From a virus (lineage: Duplodnaviria > Caudoviricetes), in IMG/VR virus record IMGVR_UViG_3300027819_000265, positions 1 to 42,085 of that record: 42,085 nucleotides of DNA; one strand, given 5' to 3'. The position numbers and the translations under genes were made by a program. The stretch's first letter is position 1; each line of letters opens with the position of its first letter. This document shows positions 35,499 through 42,085 of the stretch, piece by piece. Below the pieces are notes generated by a model. The model had not been told where the DNA came from and did no database searches. It saw only the letters and a list, made by a program, of their open reading frames with translations.

Positions 35499-36275
35499 AT
35501 GTTACAAATAACACCCAAAGTCTATCTAATCGGCAGCACAAAGTTTGATAAAGAATCTTTATCTCAGTATCTATCAGAAACAGGAAATAAAGAATTCTTA
35601 GATATTCTGACCGGCGCAGATGAAATGGATATATGTTCTTTCTATGCTAAATTGTGCTATAAGTCTCTTTCATTGGGTCACAATAGAAATGTTTCTAAAA
35701 TAAGAGATATAGAACAAAACTTTATTAACATTATAGAAACCGGCCACGGAAGCATCTGTGAACACGCAACACTAAACTTTGTAGCAGAAAATGTTAGTAG
35801 AGTTTTACACACAGAGTTAGTCCGCCATCGTGTGGGAGTGGCATTTTCGGCAGAGTCCGGTCGGTATTGTTATTCGGGAGAATTAAAAACCTGGACACCT
35901 ACAATATACGATAAATATCCAGAGATAAAGGAAGAATATCTTAAGACTGTTCAATTCTGTGAATCACAAATGAACAAAGTTTATGACAAATATATAAAAG
36001 ACTGTAAAGACTTTCATGAAAAGAAAGAATTAACCAGCGCGATTAGACGTATGAAGCCTTTAGGTTGTGGAGAAACTGTTGGTTTTACAATGAATCTAAG
36101 AACTTTGAGACACGTAATTCACATGAGGACTTCAAGATTTGCGGAAGAAGAAATAAGATTGCTTTTTTCTCAGGTTGCTGATATAGTCAAAGAAAAAGTT
36201 CCATTACTTTTTAACGATGCAAAAATAGAATCAGTAAACGGTATAAATGAATATGTTTTTAATAAAAAAATATAA
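35499..36275 (+). CDS. thyX: Flavin-dependent thymidylate synthase
   Basis: GH.S..EHA, SR....ELVRHR....S.ES.RY, NLR.LRH...R, A.EEIR. Confidence 0.92.
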   Translation: MLQITPKVYLIGSTKFDKESLSQYLSETGNKEFLDILTGADEMDICSFYAKLCYKSLSLGHNRNVSKIRDIEQNFINIIETGHGSICEHATLNFVAENVSRVLHTELVRHRVGVAFSAESGRYCYSGELKTWTPTIYDKYPEIKEEYLKTVQFCESQMNKVYDKYIKDCKDFHEKKELTSAIRRMKPLGCGETVGFTMNLRTLRHVIHMRTSRFAEEEIRLLFSQVADIVKEKVPLLFNDAKIESVNGINEYVFNKKI

Positions 36276-37370
36276 GTGAAAATAAACATACAAACAATAG
36301 ACAAAAAATCTTTCAAGATAAAAGAAGGAGAGATTAATGGGAAAAAAGTCCTATTAATTAACCCTACTGAATTCGATTGTAAATGGACAAAAGACAACTT
36401 AATCTATCGTTCGTTAATGGTTGATACAGAAGGGAATGTTTTGTCTCGCGGATTTAATAAGTTTTTTAATTTTGGAGAAAAACCTGATTTATATCCTAGT
36501 TCTGACAAATATAATGATTTAGTAATAGAAGAAAAAGTTGATGGGTCTTTGTGTGTTTGTGATTGGATTTTTGATCAATTCAATGCAAGAACCCGTGGAA
36601 CGATTTCTTATAAATCATTAGAAAACGCCGCCGATTTTGATTTTGTTTTTAATAAATATCCCAAGATCATAGACATCTGCCGCGCTAACCCAGATGATAC
36701 TTATCTTTATGAAATAACATCTCCAAACCAACGAATAGTTCTTAGTTATGGTAATGAGCCTGATATTAGGTTTTTAGGTTTTATACATAAAGAATCTGGT
36801 TTTTATAATTCTCCTTATTCTAAGGAAGGGCAGTTTATTATAAATCAAATAGGTTGTCAATCGCCAGAGACTTATAAACTTGAAGGCTCTTTATTAGACA
36901 TAATAGAAAATATTAAAAAATGGGAACAAAAAGAAGGCGTTGTTATAAAATATAACGACAACCAAACATTTGTCAAAGCTAAATCTTTGTGGTATCTCAC
37001 AAGACACTCTCTAAAGTCTAAACTAGAGTCTTTGGATAATATTGTTGATTTGTTTATATCTTTAGGTTATCCTAACTATGATAATTTCTTTAAGAATATA
37101 GAAGAAACCGTGGACTTTGAGACCGCCACAGAAAATCGCGGCAGAATTAGTGATATTGTAGATGCTTATAAACAAGTTATACAAATTGAAGAAGGCATGA
37201 TAGAATTTGTAAACAGAATAAAAGATTTGCCACGAAAAGAACAAGCTGAAAAAATCATATCATCATACGGCCAAACAAATAGAGCGTCTTTCTGTTTTAT
37301 CAAGCTTGACAATAAACCATTTGACAGTAAGATAATTAAAAAATTAATCTTTCAATTATTGAAAAAATGA
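36276..37370 (+). CDS. T4 Rnl1-like RNA ligase
   Basis: KFFN, EKVDGSL, TRG, YEI.SP.Q.IV..Y, EGVV, K.KS.WY. Confidence 0.88.
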   Translation: MKINIQTIDKKSFKIKEGEINGKKVLLINPTEFDCKWTKDNLIYRSLMVDTEGNVLSRGFNKFFNFGEKPDLYPSSDKYNDLVIEEKVDGSLCVCDWIFDQFNARTRGTISYKSLENAADFDFVFNKYPKIIDICRANPDDTYLYEITSPNQRIVLSYGNEPDIRFLGFIHKESGFYNSPYSKEGQFIINQIGCQSPETYKLEGSLLDIIENIKKWEQKEGVVIKYNDNQTFVKAKSLWYLTRHSLKSKLESLDNIVDLFISLGYPNYDNFFKNIEETVDFETATENRGRISDIVDAYKQVIQIEEGMIEFVNRIKDLPRKEQAEKIISSYGQTNRASFCFIKLDNKPFDSKIIKKLIFQLLKK

Positions 37371-37786
37371 GAGACGTAATAATAATAAGAGGAACTTCTG
37401 GGTCTGGCAAAAATACCTTCGCAGAAATCTTAAATCATAATTATCCTTTTTATCAGTCTGTTGTTATATGTTGTGCTGATGATTATATGATTAATCAAAA
37501 AGGTGAATATGATTTTAAGCCAGAAAAATTAGGATATGTTCATAAAAAATGCCAAGAAAGATTTGAAGACGCTATTAATGGTGACGTTAATTTGATAATT
37601 GTTTCAAATACAAATACCAAAGAAAAAGACTTTAAGTTTTATATTGATACCGCCCGGAAAAATAATTATAGAGTTTTTAGTTTAGTATTAGAAAATCGTC
37701 ATAACGGAAAAAATATCCACGGGGTTAATAATGAAGTTTTAGACAGACAAGAAAACAATTTGAAAAGTAGTTTGAAATTAAGATGA
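37367..37786 (+). CDS. P-loop polynucleotide kinase-like (AAA_33)
   Basis: RGTSGSGK.T, ADDY, H..CQ, VSNTN, N.HGV. Confidence 0.85.
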   Translation: MRDVIIIRGTSGSGKNTFAEILNHNYPFYQSVVICCADDYMINQKGEYDFKPEKLGYVHKKCQERFEDAINGDVNLIIVSNTNTKEKDFKFYIDTARKNNYRVFSLVLENRHNGKNIHGVNNEVLDRQENNLKSSLKLR

Positions 37787-37995
37787 GAAAATATAATAGA
37801 AATATAAAAAAAACAAACACAGAAATATGTGATCTAGCTTACTCTTCGCTAGAACATTTAATTACTGAATTGGATAGATTGGGCATTAAATCAGAAAATT
37901 ATAAAGATGTTGAATTTGAATTTGATTATTCTTCATGTTTTTACGAGAGTGATACCCCTGGGATTAAAGCGATAATTAAAATTAATAAATGTTAA
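37783..37995 (+). CDS. Hypothetical protein
   Basis: ATGA overlap. Confidence 0.55.
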   Translation: MRKYNRNIKKTNTEICDLAYSSLEHLITELDRLGIKSENYKDVEFEFDYSSCFYESDTPGIKAIIKINKC

Positions 37996-38675
37996 AAACA
38001 TTAAAATTCAACACCAAAGATCAGGGAATATTTTTTGTAAGCGATCTACATTGGAACCATAATCCTAAATGGCCCGTTCCATTGTGGAAAAGCCGTGGAT
38101 ATGAAACATTAGAAGCTCACAATGAGCACATAATAGATCAGATCAACAAACATATTAAACCAAATGACATTTTGTTTTCTGGCGGCGATTTAACCTTAAA
38201 TTGTTCAGAAGATGATTTTGAAAGTTTTATCAAAAGATTAAACTGTCAGAACATTTATTGTTTATGGGGGAACCATCCTAATCCAATGGCCAAAATTTAT
38301 AAACGAGAACTAGAAAAGGCGTGGCTTGATATAAACGATTTATCAGTATCCAACGAAATTTTTTCGGCTAGAGTAGAAGTATATCCTTTTAGATATAAGA
38401 ATATTGTTTTTTGTGGAGACTATCTTGAGTTAATCATAGATAAACAGATAATAGTGTTTTTTCATTATCCTCTTTCTATCTTTAATCACCAGAAATCTTT
38501 AGCATGGTGTCTTTGTGGTCATAGTCATCACGGATTCAAAGCAACTTTACCTTCAAATCTTAATGGTAAAATTCTTGACATCGGCTGGGATGGATACAAA
38601 AAACCTTTGTCTTTTAATGAAATAAAAGAAATAATGGACAAAAAACAGTACATTAAAATAGACGAACATCATTAA
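37989..38675 (+). CDS. Calcineurin-like metallophosphoesterase
   Basis: SDLH..H, GGD, GNH, HYP, GHSH, DIG.D. Confidence 0.88.
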   Translation: MLKTLKFNTKDQGIFFVSDLHWNHNPKWPVPLWKSRGYETLEAHNEHIIDQINKHIKPNDILFSGGDLTLNCSEDDFESFIKRLNCQNIYCLWGNHPNPMAKIYKRELEKAWLDINDLSVSNEIFSARVEVYPFRYKNIVFCGDYLELIIDKQIIVFFHYPLSIFNHQKSLAWCLCGHSHHGFKATLPSNLNGKILDIGWDGYKKPLSFNEIKEIMDKKQYIKIDEHH

Positions 38676-38682
38676 TAAAAAA

Positions 38683-38877
38683 ATGAAACTAAAAATTAAA
38701 AAAGACATTGAACTAAAAGCTTATTCTATTATAAGCGATGCCATAGAAGATGGAATAAATTGGGGCTATAATCATGCTCATAAACATACAGATTCTCCGA
38801 GTAGAGAAGCATTGATAGAACAAATACATAATGATGTTATGAATGAGTTGTGCGAAAAAATAGATTTTGGAGATTAA
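38683..38877 (+). CDS. Hypothetical phage protein
   Basis: IEDGI.WG...AHKHTD.P pattern. Confidence 0.6.
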   Translation: MKLKIKKDIELKAYSIISDAIEDGINWGYNHAHKHTDSPSREALIEQIHNDVMNELCEKIDFGD

Positions 38878-38879
38878 AC

Positions 38880-39299
38880 ATGAACGAAAAACTTGATAAA
38901 CAATTATGCGATAAATATCCTTTATTACTCAAGAATAGACATAATCCTAAGTCTTGTTTTGTTTTTGGATTTGAAGTAAACGATGGCTGGTTTTGGTTAC
39001 TAGATAAAACATTCGGAGTAATAGATAAATATCATAGAGAAAGCAGAGTTCTTGATGATAAAACAGGAAATTATAGACTCAGAACAAATGAAGAGTATCC
39101 ATATATAGAACAAGTAAAAGAAAAATTTTCTTCTTTAAGAATTTATATTAACAATGCAGATGATCATATTCACTCTGTCATTGAGTTTGCCGAATATCTT
39201 TCTAATTTTATATGTGAAGACTGCGGAACCTTAGAAAATGTTTCTAAAAATAAAGAGGGTTGGATAAAAACTTTGTGTGTCAATTGTAGAAAAAAATAA
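38880..39299 (+). CDS. Conserved phage protein (GW...QVKEKF..LR.Y...CE.CG family)
   Basis: Recognisable phage motif string; ATG 38880. Confidence 0.7.
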   Translation: MNEKLDKQLCDKYPLLLKNRHNPKSCFVFGFEVNDGWFWLLDKTFGVIDKYHRESRVLDDKTGNYRLRTNEEYPYIEQVKEKFSSLRIYINNADDHIHSVIEFAEYLSNFICEDCGTLENVSKNKEGWIKTLCVNCRKK

Positions 39300-39302
39300 A
39301 AC

Positions 39303-39536
39303 ATGAAACTAGAACTAACAAACAAAACTCCAAATAAAGAAGGATATTATTGGTATTGTAACTTTGGCGAACATACTCCTACAGTAGTAAGAGTAACAAA
39401 AGATAAACATGGTTTTTATGCTCAAAACGAAGAGTTTTGTTTTATTATATCAAAGGTAAAAGATTTAGAGGAAAAATGGTGTTATATTCCAAATCCAACC
39501 TTGGACGGTAAAGAAATTCTGCCTGATAGTTTTTGA
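39303..39536 (+). CDS. Hypothetical protein
   Basis: P...GYYW pattern. Confidence 0.55.
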   Translation: MKLELTNKTPNKEGYYWYCNFGEHTPTVVRVTKDKHGFYAQNEEFCFIISKVKDLEEKWCYIPNPTLDGKEILPDSF

Positions 39537-39551
39537 TAAAAAAAGATAAAT

Positions 39552-39722
39552 ATGTTTTTGCCAGACTCAAGCATAAGTATCCGTACTACTGATTTTCATA
39601 TTCTTAAAAGAGGAGAACTTTTTAAGTATAAAGGCAAAAAATATAAAAAAACAAGTGATTCCGCCGCGCAATTAATTAGTAGTAAAACCAAAGTAACTTT
39701 CAGCAGACGGTTAAACTACTAA
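39552..39722 (+). CDS. Hypothetical 56-aa protein (below track cutoff)
   Basis: F..LK.GE.F...GK.Y.K pattern. Confidence 0.45.
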   Translation: MFLPDSSISIRTTDFHILKRGELFKYKGKKYKKTSDSAAQLISSKTKVTFSRRLNY

Positions 39723-39893
39723 AATCAATAACAAGAGAAAAATATCTTAAAAAATATCCTTTTCTTGAATACTATAGATAATAACGATAAAGTTACTGAG
39801 ACACAGATTTTTCTTGCCGGAATGAATAACAAAATAAGGTTAAAGTAGATTTTTAGAACTTCTCTTATATGAGAAACGGCGGTTTATAAAAAT

Positions 39894-40352
39894 ATGGAAC
39901 AAAAATACGACTCAACAGAGAACACTAAAAAACATATAAGAAGAGTACAAGAATTGTTATTAGATGTTCAATTAAACTTAAGTCGCCGTGCGGCGGTTCA
40001 CGATCAAAGCAAGTTAGAGTCACCCGAAAAAGAAGCTGCTGATTTTATTGATCCTGAATTGTTTAAGTTAAAATATGGAACCCCCGAATATGAAAAATGT
40101 TTATCTCAGGTTTCAGAGATAAGAAAGCTTCATTTCTCTAAGAATAGACATCACATGGAAGCGCACATTAACGGAACAAAAGATATGAGTTTGTTAGACT
40201 TGATAGAATTTTTAGCAGATGGCCGGGCGGCAAGTGAAAGACCAACGGGAACAACACCAAAAGACGGCTTAGAATACAATATTAAGAAGTATAACATAAG
40301 TGATGAACTAGCAGCGATTTTTAGAAATACACAAAGAGAAATGTGCTGGTGA
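39894..40352 (+). CDS. DUF5662 family (HD-like) protein
   Basis: H...V, HDQSKL..PE, H...NRHH, M.L.DLIE.LAD..AA. Confidence 0.8.
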   Translation: MEQKYDSTENTKKHIRRVQELLLDVQLNLSRRAAVHDQSKLESPEKEAADFIDPELFKLKYGTPEYEKCLSQVSEIRKLHFSKNRHHMEAHINGTKDMSLLDLIEFLADGRAASERPTGTTPKDGLEYNIKKYNISDELAAIFRNTQREMCW

Positions 40353-40368
40353 TTTTATAAATAAAAAT

Positions 40369-40836
40369 ATGAAAATAAATGATCTAAAAATAGGCAACAA
40401 AGTTAAGTTCAAATACTGGGGTATTCAAGAAGGCTATGTAGAAGATATATTTTGTGATCGGGTTAGTGTTCATTTTTCATATACCTCTGATCATAAAGGG
40501 ATGACGACTACAATATCAAAAGAAGATATTATTTCTAAACTAGAACCAATAACAGTAATACAGTATAAAGAAATTCCAATAGAAAAAGAATATGTTGCTT
40601 ATTGTGATAAGTGTAAGAAAACTTTTTTAACAGATAAATATGTTATTGCCGACAAAATTTATACTTGTGAAAAATGTCAAAAACCTCCCATTGGTTTACG
40701 GCCCGATTATGTAAATAATACAAGCCGCCAAAAAGAAATTCTTGAAGCTTGTGGAAGATATATTCAAGTTAGAAAACAAATCCCCTCAGAGTGGATAAAA
40801 GAATTTGAAGAATTAAACAATAAAAACAAACCATAA
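40369..40836 (+). CDS. Hypothetical protein with internal CxxC pair
   Basis: CDKC...CEKC, KPPIGL.P. Confidence 0.6.
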   Translation: MKINDLKIGNKVKFKYWGIQEGYVEDIFCDRVSVHFSYTSDHKGMTTTISKEDIISKLEPITVIQYKEIPIEKEYVAYCDKCKKTFLTDKYVIADKIYTCEKCQKPPIGLRPDYVNNTSRQKEILEACGRYIQVRKQIPSEWIKEFEELNNKNKP

Positions 40837-41088
40837 ATGAATAACAATATTCATAAATATACTTATGTCTTTAAAGATAAGTCAATAATAACACTGGTTT
40901 TTAATTTAGATGAAGAAACCCCACGGATTAAATGTTTGCCGCCGAATACAGTTATAGGAGATAATAATGTGAGAGAATATGACACTTGGCTTTTTAGAGT
41001 TGTGCTGCCAGATATTATGGATAGATTATCCGTTGAACAAATAACAGCTTTATCTAATCTAGCTTTGAAAGATTTATTCAAGACATAA
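40837..41088 (+). CDS. Hypothetical protein
   Basis: ORF track. Confidence 0.55.
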   Translation: MNNNIHKYTYVFKDKSIITLVFNLDEETPRIKCLPPNTVIGDNNVREYDTWLFRVVLPDIMDRLSVEQITALSNLALKDLFKT

Positions 41089-41111
41089 AAACGCTTAAAA
41101 CAAGAATAATA

Positions 41112-41381
41112 ATGACACTAACATTAACAAACAAAGAGTTTCATCTTTTGTTACATTATCTGGACGATCTTTACGGAAGAATGTCTGGTCAGGGGTGCAA
41201 CGATTTATCAAAAGAAATAGAAAAAATGTTTACTAAGAAAGAAGTGAACAAAATATTACAAGAATTTAACAAATATAATAACAAAAATAATTGTAAAGAT
41301 GATAATATTGACTGGCCGATTCCAGATTTTTGTTTATTAAGATGGTTAAGAAATAAAATAGTAAAACAAAATGACGTGTGA
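41112..41381 (+). CDS. Hypothetical protein
   Basis: GCND motif; ORF track. Confidence 0.55.
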   Translation: MTLTLTNKEFHLLLHYLDDLYGRMSGQGCNDLSKEIEKMFTKKEVNKILQEFNKYNNKNNCKDDNIDWPIPDFCLLRWLRNKIVKQNDV

Positions 41382-41394
41382 AAAAAAACACCCC

Positions 41395-41423
41395 TTGACT
41401 ACACACAGAAAGAGTGATATTGT
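41395..41423 (+). promoter_or_regulatory. sigma70-type promoter with extended -10 facing non-coding region
   Basis: TTGACT 41395-400, 17 bp, TGA-TATTGT 41418-23. Confidence 0.6.
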
Positions 41424-41478
41424 TTTGGTAGTTAATAGATAATAATAGTAAATAAGAGAAAACAATGGTAAACAATAG

Positions 41479-41894
41479 AGATTTTTAGAACTTTTGATCA
41501 ATTAATAACCCCGCCGATTATGGAAATATTCTCAGTTCTTTTGCCGTTGGTGTTTTATGTTGGTATTTTCTTTTCAAAATACCGCGCCGATTTTTTTTCT
41601 TGTGACAGTTGCTACCACACCAATCTAAAACCGCCCCGCTGGACATTTAAAGCTATGACAGAAAAAGAGCTTCGTGCTTCTATGAAAGTAGTTATTCTTT
41701 GTTTTTTAGGGTGAAAAGATTTTTAGAAAAATTTTTCTATTGGTTTGTTGTGGTTTTTAAAAAATGGGTTTTTGTTTGTTTTAGAAAGTAAAAGAAATGA
41801 TGTAAAAATATCTTCAAAGAATAAAAGATATAGAGAGTAAAAAAAGACAGAAGGACTAAAAGGAAAACAAAAGAAATAAGGTAGATTTTTAGAA
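41479..41894 (+). repeat. Dispersed 12-mer AGATTTTTAGAA x3
   Basis: Copies at 41479, 41717, 41883 (another at 39847). Confidence 0.6.
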
Positions 41895-41976
41895 AAAAAA
41901 ATAATAGAAAGATTAATAAACACAAACCAGTCCCCCGGCGCGTCCGCACATCGCGAAACGTGCCGAAAATTCCAAA

Positions 41977-42085
41977 AAGGGCAGGCTGGCGACCAAGGGC
42001 AGGCTGGCGACCAAGGGCAGGCTGGCGACCAAGGGCAGGCTGGCGACCAAGGGCAGGCTGGCGACCAAGGGCAGGCTGGCGACCA
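41977..42085 (+). repeat. Perfect GC-rich 18-bp tandem repeat AAGGGCAGGCTGGCGACC, 6 copies, running off window end
   Basis: Units start at 41977, 41995, 42013, 42031, 42049, 42067. Confidence 0.97.

Noticed and set aside
479-37244. Short track ORFs nested in or antisense to confident genes (e.g. 614-832, 11578-12003, 15673-15915, 28181-28447, 32179-32415, 37062-37244)
   Set aside because: Shadow ORFs over well-supported genes with no recognisable motifs
41266-41949. ORFs 41266-41475, 41520-41714, 41723-41923, 41737-41949
   Set aside because: Low-complexity F/L/K translations of A/T tracts, no motifs
41977-42085. CRISPR array
   Set aside because: Units are contiguous with no spacers, only 18 bp, no cas genes
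41880-42085. Collagen-like (GQAGDQ)n gene
   Set aside because: No ATG/GTG/TTG in that frame after the stop at 41877; perfect nucleotide identity
1-42085. Stop-codon reassignment, tRNA genes, integrase/transposase, reverse transcriptase/DGR
   Set aside because: Genes are full length in code 11 and end in TAA, TAG and TGA; no cloverleaf, recombinase or RT motifs seen; prepilin paralogs show no template/variable repeat pair

Overview
AT-rich (roughly 30% GC by eye), gene-dense, mostly plus-strand segment of a large tailed dsDNA phage (or prophage-like element); standard genetic code. Phage hallmarks: terminase large subunit, RecA/UvsX-like recombinase, DnaB helicase, phage-type sigma factor, three YopX proteins, ThyX, T4 Rnl1-like RNA ligase, many tiny overlapping ORFs. 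Left end (1-14035): a glycan biosynthesis locus with glycosyltransferases, methyltransferases, a minimal split transketolase, a split acetolactate-synthase/YerE-like TPP enzyme, PanB, an SDR epimerase, a ColD-like PLP dehydratase and Gmd, together suggesting an unusual GDP-linked branched dideoxy-sugar pathway. Middle: replication/recombination genes, then three prepilin-type (N-methyl-Phe) H-X9-DG proteins of the Verrucomicrobia/Planctomycetes kind interleaved with the sigma factor and the terminase operon, the most unusual feature and a pointer to a PVC-superphylum host. Right: a divergent-promoter island with a Prs-like + Nampt-like pair (NARP1-type NAD+ reconstitution), ThyX and a three-gene RNA repair set. 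The window ends in a non-coding region with repeated 12-mers and a GC-rich 18-bp tandem array. All calls come from motif recognition by eye; no searches were run.
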